Source: an uncultured virus (IMG/VR IMGVR_UViG_3300022876_000098)
Taxonomy: Duplodnaviria; Heunggongvirae; Uroviricota; Caudoviricetes
Length of the DNA: 20,000 nucleotides
Virus record (IMG/VR): IMGVR_UViG_3300022876_000098
Reading direction: 5' to 3' (one strand)
A model generated the notes under the pieces. That model was not told where the DNA came from and ran no database searches. It worked only from the letters and a program-made list of their open reading frames with translations. The translations under genes were made by a program, and so were the position numbers. Positions 1 to 9,691 of the stretch are shown one piece after another. Position 1 is the stretch's first letter, and each line of letters begins with the position of its first letter.

Positions 1-443
1 TGGAGGAAATCAGACGGCTTGATGTCCTGGGAGTCCGCTTCGCCGTATTCCGCAACCGAAAAAACGTAGGCGCCGATGACCTTGGGCGCCGTGGCACCAA
101 AGAGATACGCATTGTTCCCGTCATTGGCGGGAGCAAGCGCGGAGGTCTTCTTCAGACGATCATTGGAACCGTAATCTTCGTCGCGTCTTTTTTCGTTCCT
201 GGGATGCAGGGGTGGGGGCAGTCTCTCGGCGCATCACTCGCCTTGGGCGGTGTCATCCAGATGCTAAGTCCCCAGGCAAAGGGCCTCTCCCAAAGCGCAG
301 CGCCCGAGAACCTGCCGTCGTACGCCTTCGGCAGCGCCAAGAACACCACAGCTAGCGGCAACCCTGTCCCAATTTGCATCGGCGAACGTCGCTGGGGCGG
401 GGCAATCATCTCTGCCTCGATTCGCGCCGAAGATAAGAAGTAG
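1..443 (+). CDS. Phage tail assembly protein I (lambda gpI-like), 5' end outside the window
   Basis: The frame is open from base 3: EEIRRLDVLGVRFAVFRNRKNVG...IRIVPVIGGSKRGGLLQTIIG...SYAFGSAKNTTASGNPVPICIGERRWGGAIISASI. These are typical gpI motifs, and the gene lies directly upstream of gpJ. Confidence 0.92.
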   Translation, partial: EEIRRLDVLGVRFAVFRNRKNVGADDLGRRGTKEIRIVPVIGGSKRGGLLQTIIGTVIFVASFFVPGMQGWGQSLGASLALGGVIQMLSPQAKGLSQSAAPENLPSYAFGSAKNTTASGNPVPICIGERRWGGAIISASIRAEDKK

Positions 444-459
444 CCACAGCTGAACGTAC

Positions 460-485
460 AAGCCGCCTCTGGGCGGTTTTTTATT
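460..485 (+). terminator. Rho-independent terminator-like hairpin between I and J
   Basis: GCCGCC-TCTG-GGCGGT followed by TTTTTATT. Confidence 0.65.
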
Positions 486-499
486 GCTTGGAGAAAAAT

Positions 500-3400
500 A
501 TGGGCGCAGCACAGCACCTGGACATCGCTGGCGCGAAAGGCGGCAGCAGCAAGCCGAAGACGCCTGTTGAGGCGCCGGACAGCCTACAGTCGACCAACAT
601 CGCGAGCATCCTGCTAGCCGTGGGGGAAGGGGAATTCGACGGCACGCCAACTGACCGTGACATTTACCTCGACAACACACCGATCATGGATGTCAGCGGC
701 AACGTGAACTTCCCGGGCGTGAGTTGGGAGTGGCGTACAGGCAGCATCGATCAGGAATACATCAAGGGTATTCCTGCAATCGAGAACGAGAACACGGTTA
801 ACGTCGAGCTGCGTAGCGAAAACCCATTCACGCGCGCTCTGAGCAACACCCAGCTTTCGCGCCTACGCCTTCGCTTCACCTGGCCTCGCTTGGCCAGCCA
901 GGACAGTAGTGGCAACACCAACGGGTATCGTATCGAGTATGCGATCGACATCGCTACCGACGGCGGTGCCTATGTCGAGGCTCACCGTGGCGCAGTGGAC
1001 GGCAAGACCACCAACGGCTATCAGCGCTCCGTCAGCGTCGACCTTCCAGCCAGCACTTCGGGCTGGATGTTCCGTGTCCGTCGGATAACGCCGAACCAGA
1101 ACAGTGGCACTGTAGCCGACACTATGACTATCGCCGGCTACACCGAAATCATTGACGAGAAACTGCGCTACCCCAACACCGCGCTCCTGTACATCGAGTT
1201 TGACGCCCAGCAGTTCCAGAACATCCCTGCGGTAACCGTGAAGTGCAAGGCCAAGCGCTGGCCGGTGCCGACCAACTACGATCCCGTTGCACGCACCTAT
1301 ACCGGCGTATGGGACGGCACCTTCAAGCAGGCCTGGACCAACAACCCGGCCTTTGTGACTTACGGCCTGTGCGTCGAGGATCGTTTCGGCCTAGGTAAGC
1401 GCATCAAGTCGTGGATGGTCGACAAATGGGAGATGTACCGCATCGCCCAGTACTGCGACCAACTGGTGCCGAACGGGCAGGGCGGCCAGGAGCCGCGTTT
1501 TTTGTGCGACATGAACCTGCAGGGTCGCGCTGAGGCTTGGACGCTGCTGCGCGACCTGTCGGCTATCTACCGTGGCATGGTGTACTGGGCTCACGGCTCG
1601 TTGTTCATGCAGGCGGACATGCCGCGCGCCCAGGACATCGACTACGTCTTCACCCGGGCCAACGTCATCGATGGCGAGTTCGTGTATGGCGGCGCCGAGC
1701 GCAATACGCACTACAGCCGCGCCCTGGTCAGCTACGACAACCCCGCCAACAACTATGACACCGACGTCATCCCGGTGACCGACCTGGCGCTCCAGCGCCG
1801 GTACCGTGACCGTCCGGTGGAAATTTCGGCCATTGGCTGCACCCGCGCCTCCGAGGCACAACGCCGCGGTAAGTGGGCGCTACTGAGCAACAGCCAAGAT
1901 CGAACTGTCACCTTCAAGACCGGCATGGAGGGCCGCATCCCGCTCCCTGGCTATGTCATTCCTGTGGCGGATGAGCTGGTGGCTGGCCGCCCGAACGGTG
2001 GCCGGATTTCGTCGGCAGCCGGGCGCGTCGTGACGCTGGACCGTGATACGCCGATCAAGGCCGGCGACCGTCTGATTCTGAACCTGCCGAACGGCACCGC
2101 CCAGGCGCGAACTGTACAGTCGGTTGCCGGGCGCGCAGTGACGGTGACTACCGCATACAGCGTGCAGCCAGAGCCAGAACTGCAGTGGGCGATTGATTAC
2201 GACGACCTGGCTGTCCAGCTGTTCCGGGTGCTGAAGACTACGCGCACCCAGGAAGGTGCCTACGAGATCACCGCGCTCGAGTTCAATCCGAGCAAGTTTG
2301 CGGCCATCGACACCGGCGCCAAGCTGGACGAGCGCCCGATCAGTGTCATCCCGGTGACGACCGTGCAGCCACCGGCCAGCGTTACCCTGACTTCGGCCTA
2401 CGCCGTGGATCAAGGTATTGGCGTGAACACCATGACCATTTCCTGGCCTGCAGTGCAGGGGGCCGTCGCCTATGACGTGGAATGGCGCAAGGACAATGGC
2501 AATTGGGTTCGAGTACAACGCACCGGGGCGGCTTCTGTCGATGTGGTGGGTATCTATGCGGGGGCCTACCTGGCGCGTGTGCGCGCTGTGAGCTCGTTCG
2601 ATATCACGTCGACCTGGCGCGACTCCATGCTTACCCAGTTAAAGGGTAAGGAAGGTCTACCGCCTGCAGTTGCATTTCTCACTACTACGCCGCTGGTGTT
2701 CGGCACCCGACTGAACTGGGGCTTCCCGGCTGGCGCGGAGGACACTGAGCGCACTGAGATTTGGCAGGGCACAACCACCAAGCGCGAAGAGGCTAGCAAG
2801 CTTGGGGACTTCGCTTATCCGCAAGCTGGGCACGAAGTTCACGGTCTAGCGGCTGGTGTATCGTTCTTCTACTGGGCGCGCCTGATTGACCGTAGCGGGA
2901 ACGTTGGTCTGTGGTATCCAACCGGCGTCGGCGTGAACGGCCAAGCCAGCAGCAACCAGTTCGAGTATGAGGAATACTTCAAGGACAAAATCAGTAACGG
3001 TTCCCTGTACCCGGCACTGCGCGACGAGATCGCCCTCATCTCTGGCCCGCCCGATCTCCCGGGGTCGGTGAACAACCGTCTGGAAGAGCTGGACGAGCAA
3101 GTCACCGAGATCACCGACCAACTGGGTGATGCGGTGACGCAGGTTCAATCCAACCTCGACACCGCCACTCAACAGGCTCAGCAGGCCATCGACCAGGTTG
3201 CCGAGGCCGCCCGGCAGGTGCAGCAGGACCTCGATGAGGCCACCCAAGACCTGCAGGGCCAAATTGACGGCGTCAGCCAGATCGCCAAGTCGCTGCCGTA
3301 CAACGCCGACAAAACCTATACCTCTGGCCAAACCGTGTTGGGTACCGACGGCAAGCTGTACCAGGCATCGAAGGCGGTACCGAAAAACACCGCGCCGCCG

Positions 3401-6400
3401 AATACCAGCTATTGGACTGATGTCGGCCAGGTTGTGCAGTCGGCGAACGGGCTTGCCGCCCGCGTGCAGACCGTGGAGACCAAGGTTACCAACCTGGAGG
3501 GCACCACCACTTCGCAAGCCACCCAGCTCACCGGCTTGCAGTCCAGCCTGACCACCACCAACCAGAACGTCACGGCGGCTCAGCAAGCGGCGCAGGATGC
3601 GGCGACCCTCGCCGGCGGCAAGGGCAAGGTCATTGTCCAGGCTGCAGCGCCTGCTGTTGCTGACCGACTGGCGCAGAACCTCTGGATCGATACCACCGGC
3701 AACGCCAACACGCCGAAACGCTGGAATGGCAGCGCTTGGGTGGCGGTCACCGACAAGGTCGCAACGGACGCAGCGGCGGCAGCAGCGAACGCACTGACCG
3801 TGGCGCAGACAAAGGCCGATGCCTCGGTGGTCAACAACCTGTCGACCCGGGTCACTGATGCTGAGGGGGTAATTACGTCGCAGGGCCAGGCTATGACCGG
3901 CCTGCAGAACAGTCTGGTCACCACCAATCAAAACGTGTCCGCCGCACAACAAGCGGCGCAGGATGCGTCCACCTTGGCCGGTGGAAAAGGCAAGGTGATC
4001 GTGCAGTCTGCTGCCCCTGCCGCAGCTGACCGACTGGCGCAGAATCTCTGGATCGATACCACGGGCAACGCAAACACACCTAAGCGATGGAGCGGTAGTG
4101 CCTGGGTGGCAGTGACGGACAAGGTGGCGACCGATGCGGCAGCCGCCGCGGCCAATGCATTGTCGGTCGCGCAAACCAAAGCCGATGCCTCGGCTGTTGA
4201 TTCGCTGTCCACGACCGTGACTCAGCAGGGCAACACCATCACGTCGCAAGGCCAGGCACTCACTGGCCTCAACAACAGCTTGACCACCACCAACCAGAAC
4301 GTCACTGCAGCTCAGCAGGCAGCCCAATCTGCTTCCGACCTGGCCGGCGGTAAGGGCAAGGTTCTGTTCCAAGCAACAACACCGGCGGTTGCTGATCGGG
4401 CGGCCCAGAACCTCTGGATCGACACCACCGGCAACGCCAACACTCCGAAACGCTGGAACGGTAGTGCCTGGGTGGCTGTGACCGATAAAGTGGCCACTGA
4501 TGCGGCGGCTGCCGCTGCTGCAGCAAGCGCGCTGGCGCAGACCAAGGCCGACGCCTCGACAGTGACCGCGCTGTCCAACACGGTGATCCAGCAAGGCAGC
4601 ACGATCACCGCGCAAGGCCAGGCCCTCACGAACATTCAGGCCAGCATCGGGAACATTTCCGGTGAGAACCTGCTGCTGGACCCATCTTTCTCCAGTAGCA
4701 ACGGCGTCAACGCTCAGCCCGGCATCCTGGTGCTGAACCGAAACGATTCCAGCGTGCCGGCACTGGCTCCCACGGCGCGCGTGGTGAAGTGGGACGTGCC
4801 CGCCAGTACGGGGAACACCTATGTTGGATTTACGTCTGCCCTCAACGTCAGGCCTCCTGAGAGCTCCAACGCGACCCAGATCGCTGTGGCGGCCGGTGAG
4901 GTTTACGACTTCGAACTGGTACTGCACAGCGAGAAGGTGAGGCAGTTCGGCCTGTGGGCGCAGTACTACGCATTGGACGGATCCTCCGTTACCCATGGTT
5001 GGGTCCAGCAGGGAGGGGATGGCCTCAACATTGCCACCACCGCAGGTCAGTGGGTGAAGCTGACGGGTATGGTGACGGTCCCGGCCGGCGCCGTGCGCAT
5101 GGCGATGACGGTTCGCATGTCTACCGGCGACGCCTTGGTTGCTTACATGGCCGCCCCGGCTGTACGCAAGCGTGCCGCCCAGACTAATGCGCTGGCGTCT
5201 GCTACGCATTCTCTGGATGCGCGGGTCGCGCAGACCGAGGCCGACCTGACCTCGCAGAGCTCGTCGATCATCTCCCTGCAGAGCAGCCTGACGACCACGA
5301 ACCAAAACGTCACCGCCGCGCAGCAGGCTGCCCAGGCAGCATCTGACCTGGCGGGCAGCAAGGGCAAGGTGATCGTGCAAACGGCTACCCCTGCGGTGCC
5401 TGACCGCCTCGGGCAAAACCTGTGGATCGACACCACAGGCGGCGCCAACACGCCTAAGCGCTGGAGTGGGTCTGCCTGGGTAGCGGTAACGGACAAAGTT
5501 GCCACGGATGCGGCGGCTGCGGCCGCTAACGCTCTGGCCGTGGCTCAGACCAAGGCCGATGCAACTGCGGTGAACAACTTGGGTACCCGGGTAACCAGCG
5601 CTGAAGGCAAGATCGAAGCGCAGGGATCTGCGCTAACTCAGGTGCAGGCAGCGGTGGGCGATATCGCGGGCAACGGGGCCAACCTGGTGCCAGCCGAATA
5701 CGCTGTGTTTGGCCCGGCAGTACCCGCTCTGGTGATGGGCGGGGGCCAGGCTGCCACGGTTGAAGCTGATCCGCACGGTTTCAACGGCTATGTGCTGCGC
5801 TTGCTTCAAACCTCCGGTGCCGGCACCACGTACTTTGCGCCGAGCAACATCTACTCGGGGGCAAACATCGCCCTCAAAAACAAGAAGTACATCCTGGCTT
5901 GGGACGCCAAAAGTACTTCTGGGGCCAAGCAGATGCAGGTCAGCCTGCGGACTATTGCTGCCGACGGTGCCGTGAGGTTCGCACCTGGTCAGGATGTCGC
6001 CATTACCGATCAGTGGGGCCGGTACAGCGCCGTGTTTGACCTGACCAGCACTGCTTTCGTAGCTGACCGGATGGTGGTGTGCATATCTGCGTCGCCCAAC
6101 CCGAAGGATGGAATCGCGGTACTGGTAGACCGCATCATGCTCGAGGAGCAGGTCGGGGCCGGCACAACCCCGTCGACCTTCAACATTGGCAACAGTGCTG
6201 GTCAGGTCGGCGCCTTGGCCAACTCGGTCAACCAGCTCGATGCCCGGGTGGTGCAGACGGAAACGGGGCTGACCTCGCAAGGGATCGCGCTGACCGGCCT
6301 GCAAAACAGCCTGACCACGACCAATCAGAACGTCACTGCTGCCCAACAAGCAGCACAGGCGGCGTCCGATCTTGCGGGTGGGAAGGGTAAGGTGATGTAT

Positions 6401-9400
6401 CAGTCCACGGCCCCGGCAGTAGCGGATCGCCTGCCGCAGAACCTCTGGATTGATACAACCGGCAGCGCGAACACGCCGAAACGCTGGAGCGGAACTGCAT
6501 GGGTGGCGGTTACCGACAAGGTGGCCACGGATGCAGCTTCGGCGGCAGCCAGTGCGCTGTCCCAAGTGGCGACGAAAGCCGATGCCTCGACTGTGCAACA
6601 ATTAAGCAACACAGTTTCACAGCAGGGGCAGACGGTGACCGCCCAGGGGCAGGCGATTACCAACATCCAGACATCGGTTGGCAACTCATCGCAGGACAAT
6701 CTGCTGCGCAACCCCGACTTCAATGCGGCCGGTGATTTAGTCAACAACAGCACCGCTGACTTCAAGATGGAGTACTTCAGCAAGACGGATGTGGGTGTAC
6801 CAGCTGCAGCACCTGCAAATCGACTGCTTTGTATGTCCAAGTTGCGGGATGTATCTGGATGGGGCGGTCAGGCGCTGGTGTTCACCAACGGCAGCGTGCG
6901 CACCGCCGCGACGCCGGGGGAAGTCCTTAACGTGGAATGCCAGATGTTCTGCGAAAATGCGACGACCAATGCGGGCAAGATCGCTATCACGTACTGGATC
7001 GACAGTTCCACCAGCGTCAGCGGCAACGTTCGAATCCTCGGCTACAGGGCTGCAGATGGGGGGTGGCAGAAGCTTACCGTTCAAGTGACTGTGCCAGCCC
7101 AGACGACCGAGATTTCGTTGTACATCGTGCCGGATGGTCCTGCTGTGGTCGGTTTCAAAATGTGGATCGCGAACTTGAAAATCGCCAGGCAGGGGGCTGG
7201 CGAAGCGGCACTTGCATCTGCCACGCAGCAGCTTGATTCCCGGGTGAGTCAGACTGAGCTGGGGTTGACCTCCCAGGGCTCTGCAATCACGGGCCTGACC
7301 AACAGCCTCTCCACCACCAACCAGAACGTCACTGCAGCGCAGCAGGCCGCGCAGGCAGCTTCGGACTTGGCCGGCGGCAAGGGTAAAGTGATCATCCAGA
7401 GCGCGACGCCGGCCACGGCTGACCGCTTGGCGCAGAACCTCTGGATCGATACCACGGGCAACGCCAACACACCCAAGCGGTGGAGCGGCAGCGCCTGGTT
7501 GGCGGTGACGGACAAGGTGGCAACGGACGCCGCTACTGCTGCAGCAAGCGCTTTGAGCCAGGTTGCCGCCAAGGCTGACGCATCAACGGTCCAGGCACTG
7601 ACCAACACGGTCACCCAGCAGGGATCGACAATCACGGCGCAAGGAAGCGAGATCACCAACATCAAGGCATCGGTTGGCGTTCTGTCGGCTGAAAACCTGC
7701 TGTTCAACCCGGCATTCGCAGATGGCCCGGTGTTCTCTGGTTCTCCAGCGTTCGCCGTGCTGGCGCGCAATGACGCCTCAGTGCCATCTGGGGCGCCGTC
7801 GCCCCGGGTGGTGAAGTGGCCCGTGGCAACGTCCACCGGCAACAACTACCTGGGCTTTCAAAGTGCCCTCAACGTCCGGCCTCCCGAGAATGCGGTGACT
7901 TCGCAAATCTCTGTTGCGGGCGGCGAGGTCTATGATTTCGAGCTGTATGCCTACAGCTCAGTGGCGCGTCAGCATGGGTTGTGGATTCAGTTCTATGATC
8001 TCGAAGGCACGAGCGTCGGTCACAACTGGGTGGTTGCAGCGGGCGATGGGGTTCGTCTCACAAACGTTGCGCAAACCTGGACGAAGCTGACTGGGCAGGC
8101 CACCGTGCCGGCTGGATGCGTGCGTATGGCGATGACCTTCCGCGTGTCGGTGGGTGATGCCACCGATGTGTTCCTGTCCTCGCCAATTGCACGCAAGCGC
8201 GCCGGTCAGGACAATGCCCAGGCCAGCGCACTGCAATCGGTTGACGCCCGTGTTTCGGTGACAGAGGGGACGGTCTCCAGCCAAGGATCTGCCATCACCC
8301 AGCTGAACAACGCTGTGGCGGGCAAGGCGGACAACACTGCGCTGCAGAGCCTGCAGGGTACCGTGACACAGCAGGGCAACACGCTGAGCTCGCAGGGTCA
8401 GGCAGTTACTCAACTGCAAAGCTCCATAAGCGGGATCGGGGGAAGCGGCTCCAACCTGCTGGCGGATGACTACAGCTGGCTGACTTCTACCACGCTTCCG
8501 GCTACGGCCGTCGGCAGTGGTGTGACGCGAGAAGGCGTGGCAGTGCCGGACGCTGACTCCGGCTTCGGCTACCTGGCTGGGAGCAGCACCAATAGCTTCC
8601 TCATGCTGAGCCCGACCAACAACCTGGCTGGCTGGAACGTGCGGATCGAGCCTGGCGTGTACCTGGTGTCTATGTACATCCAGTGCAGCGCGGTCACCAA
8701 CGGGCGTGTCTCGCTATACAACGGCACGCATCGGTATGGGCCCACGCTTGCCCTGCCGACGACGCGGACACGCGTGACCTTCCCGGTCACCGTCACGGAT
8801 AGCGGCAAGGTCGGCATCACCATCTACTTCAACATGAGCGCTGTTTCCGGGCTCACGGCTATCATCGATTCGGTGATGATCGAGAAGCGGGTGGGGGAGA
8901 GCAACACGCCTTCGCCGTTCGTAGCGGGCCCATCCGCGCGGGCGGTGAGTGGTCAGGCCACGGCCATCAGCCAACTGAACACCACGGTGAACCAGCAAGG
9001 GACGGCGATCACCGCGCAGGCCAGCCGCTTGGATGGTCTGTATGTTCAGGTGAACCCGGAAATGGAGGGCGACAGCACCGGCTTGGCTGGTGCCACCGGC
9101 GGCCTGGTTGGTGTCTGGACCGAGCAGTCGGCCCGGATCGAGGATGGCGTTGCCATGGGCAAGCGGGTGGACACGGTCCAGTCGCAAGTCGGCGGCGTAG
9201 AAGGCTCGGTACAGGCCGTGAGCGCCTCGGTGCAGCAGGTCTCCGAGACTATTGCCGGCGTAGATGGGCGCGTTTCCGCCATGACCACGATCAAGGCTGA
9301 AACGATTGCCGACGGGCGCCGCGTGATGGCGGGGCTTGCGCTGGGCAGTAATGGAGAAACTGCTGAGATCCTGGCCTACGCGCAGCGCTTTGCGATTGTG

Positions 9401-9691
9401 GATGAGTCGTCTGGACAGGTGACCCTGCCGTTTGTTGTTTCGAACGGTCAGGTGTTCATCAACCAGGCGGTGATCAATCAGGCGTTCATTCAGAACATCG
9501 TGGCCGGCATGACGATTCGCTCGCAAGCAGTCAACTCACAAGGACTTCCCCTTCTGGAGCTGAACTTTGTGACGGGTGCTGTGAGTATCAGGGGGCAGGA
9601 TGCCAATGGATCGACGCTGCTGAACAACGCCGGGCTGTACGTTTACGACGCCAATGGCATCGAGCGTACGGCGGTAGGGAGGCTTACCTAA
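500..9691 (+). CDS. Tail tip / host-specificity protein J (lambda gpJ-like), 3063 aa, with Fn3 domains, repeated knob/coiled-coil units, multiple CBM-like domains and a C-terminal DUF1983-like region
   Basis: GGAG RBS at 490-493 and ATG at 500. The N-terminus has gpJ hallmarks (GAKGG..., GEGE, YPNTAL, VPTNYDP...Y.G.WDGTFK.AWTNNPA, GCT...EAQRRGKW). The C-terminus reads A.RFAIV...PFVV.NGQVFINQA.I. Confidence 0.95.
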   Translation: MGAAQHLDIAGAKGGSSKPKTPVEAPDSLQSTNIASILLAVGEGEFDGTPTDRDIYLDNTPIMDVSGNVNFPGVSWEWRTGSIDQEYIKGIPAIENENTVNVELRSENPFTRALSNTQLSRLRLRFTWPRLASQDSSGNTNGYRIEYAIDIATDGGAYVEAHRGAVDGKTTNGYQRSVSVDLPASTSGWMFRVRRITPNQNSGTVADTMTIAGYTEIIDEKLRYPNTALLYIEFDAQQFQNIPAVTVKCKAKRWPVPTNYDPVARTYTGVWDGTFKQAWTNNPAFVTYGLCVEDRFGLGKRIKSWMVDKWEMYRIAQYCDQLVPNGQGGQEPRFLCDMNLQGRAEAWTLLRDLSAIYRGMVYWAHGSLFMQADMPRAQDIDYVFTRANVIDGEFVYGGAERNTHYSRALVSYDNPANNYDTDVIPVTDLALQRRYRDRPVEISAIGCTRASEAQRRGKWALLSNSQDRTVTFKTGMEGRIPLPGYVIPVADELVAGRPNGGRISSAAGRVVTLDRDTPIKAGDRLILNLPNGTAQARTVQSVAGRAVTVTTAYSVQPEPELQWAIDYDDLAVQLFRVLKTTRTQEGAYEITALEFNPSKFAAIDTGAKLDERPISVIPVTTVQPPASVTLTSAYAVDQGIGVNTMTISWPAVQGAVAYDVEWRKDNGNWVRVQRTGAASVDVVGIYAGAYLARVRAVSSFDITSTWRDSMLTQLKGKEGLPPAVAFLTTTPLVFGTRLNWGFPAGAEDTERTEIWQGTTTKREEASKLGDFAYPQAGHEVHGLAAGVSFFYWARLIDRSGNVGLWYPTGVGVNGQASSNQFEYEEYFKDKISNGSLYPALRDEIALISGPPDLPGSVNNRLEELDEQVTEITDQLGDAVTQVQSNLDTATQQAQQAIDQVAEAARQVQQDLDEATQDLQGQIDGVSQIAKSLPYNADKTYTSGQTVLGTDGKLYQASKAVPKNTAPPNTSYWTDVGQVVQSANGLAARVQTVETKVTNLEGTTTSQATQLTGLQSSLTTTNQNVTAAQQAAQDAATLAGGKGKVIVQAAAPAVADRLAQNLWIDTTGNANTPKRWNGSAWVAVTDKVATDAAAAAANALTVAQTKADASVVNNLSTRVTDAEGVITSQGQAMTGLQNSLVTTNQNVSAAQQAAQDASTLAGGKGKVIVQSAAPAAADRLAQNLWIDTTGNANTPKRWSGSAWVAVTDKVATDAAAAAANALSVAQTKADASAVDSLSTTVTQQGNTITSQGQALTGLNNSLTTTNQNVTAAQQAAQSASDLAGGKGKVLFQATTPAVADRAAQNLWIDTTGNANTPKRWNGSAWVAVTDKVATDAAAAAAAASALAQTKADASTVTALSNTVIQQGSTITAQGQALTNIQASIGNISGENLLLDPSFSSSNGVNAQPGILVLNRNDSSVPALAPTARVVKWDVPASTGNTYVGFTSALNVRPPESSNATQIAVAAGEVYDFELVLHSEKVRQFGLWAQYYALDGSSVTHGWVQQGGDGLNIATTAGQWVKLTGMVTVPAGAVRMAMTVRMSTGDALVAYMAAPAVRKRAAQTNALASATHSLDARVAQTEADLTSQSSSIISLQSSLTTTNQNVTAAQQAAQAASDLAGSKGKVIVQTATPAVPDRLGQNLWIDTTGGANTPKRWSGSAWVAVTDKVATDAAAAAANALAVAQTKADATAVNNLGTRVTSAEGKIEAQGSALTQVQAAVGDIAGNGANLVPAEYAVFGPAVPALVMGGGQAATVEADPHGFNGYVLRLLQTSGAGTTYFAPSNIYSGANIALKNKKYILAWDAKSTSGAKQMQVSLRTIAADGAVRFAPGQDVAITDQWGRYSAVFDLTSTAFVADRMVVCISASPNPKDGIAVLVDRIMLEEQVGAGTTPSTFNIGNSAGQVGALANSVNQLDARVVQTETGLTSQGIALTGLQNSLTTTNQNVTAAQQAAQAASDLAGGKGKVMYQSTAPAVADRLPQNLWIDTTGSANTPKRWSGTAWVAVTDKVATDAASAAASALSQVATKADASTVQQLSNTVSQQGQTVTAQGQAITNIQTSVGNSSQDNLLRNPDFNAAGDLVNNSTADFKMEYFSKTDVGVPAAAPANRLLCMSKLRDVSGWGGQALVFTNGSVRTAATPGEVLNVECQMFCENATTNAGKIAITYWIDSSTSVSGNVRILGYRAADGGWQKLTVQVTVPAQTTEISLYIVPDGPAVVGFKMWIANLKIARQGAGEAALASATQQLDSRVSQTELGLTSQGSAITGLTNSLSTTNQNVTAAQQAAQAASDLAGGKGKVIIQSATPATADRLAQNLWIDTTGNANTPKRWSGSAWLAVTDKVATDAATAAASALSQVAAKADASTVQALTNTVTQQGSTITAQGSEITNIKASVGVLSAENLLFNPAFADGPVFSGSPAFAVLARNDASVPSGAPSPRVVKWPVATSTGNNYLGFQSALNVRPPENAVTSQISVAGGEVYDFELYAYSSVARQHGLWIQFYDLEGTSVGHNWVVAAGDGVRLTNVAQTWTKLTGQATVPAGCVRMAMTFRVSVGDATDVFLSSPIARKRAGQDNAQASALQSVDARVSVTEGTVSSQGSAITQLNNAVAGKADNTALQSLQGTVTQQGNTLSSQGQAVTQLQSSISGIGGSGSNLLADDYSWLTSTTLPATAVGSGVTREGVAVPDADSGFGYLAGSSTNSFLMLSPTNNLAGWNVRIEPGVYLVSMYIQCSAVTNGRVSLYNGTHRYGPTLALPTTRTRVTFPVTVTDSGKVGITIYFNMSAVSGLTAIIDSVMIEKRVGESNTPSPFVAGPSARAVSGQATAISQLNTTVNQQGTAITAQASRLDGLYVQVNPEMEGDSTGLAGATGGLVGVWTEQSARIEDGVAMGKRVDTVQSQVGGVEGSVQAVSASVQQVSETIAGVDGRVSAMTTIKAETIADGRRVMAGLALGSNGETAEILAYAQRFAIVDESSGQVTLPFVVSNGQVFINQAVINQAFIQNIVAGMTIRSQAVNSQGLPLLELNFVTGAVSIRGQDANGSTLLNNAGLYVYDANGIERTAVGRLT
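3293..3427 (+). other. Small carbohydrate-binding module (CBM5/12, ChtBD3-like) inside gpJ
   Basis: LPYNADKTYTSGQTVLGTDGKLYQASKAVPKNTAPPNTSYW matches the Y...Y..G..V...G..Y.A.......P....W pattern. Confidence 0.65.
3533..7584 (+). repeat. Six in-frame copies of a ~290-bp coding repeat (LTTTNQNVTAAQQAAQ...GGKGKV..Q...P..ADR..QNLWIDTTG.ANTPKRW.G.AW.AVTDKVATDAA...KADA) inside gpJ
   Basis: Copies start at about 3533, 3899, 4265, 5273, 6296 and 7292. The first three have an exact 366-bp period; the later spacings are 1008, 1023 and 996 bp. Confidence 0.95.

Noticed and set aside
488..499. TTG start for gpJ at 488
   Set aside because: The GGAG at 490-493 is positioned as the RBS for ATG 500.
2846..5416. 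856-aa minus-strand ORF and other long antisense ORFs over gpJ
   Set aside because: These are shadow frames of a GC-rich, codon-biased gene. They have no recognisable domain, and their repeats simply mirror J.
3533..7584. Repeats as a CRISPR array, DGR template/variable repeats or shufflon
   Set aside because: The repeats are long, coding, direct and differ mostly at synonymous positions rather than adenines. No cas, reverse transcriptase or invertase gene is in the window.
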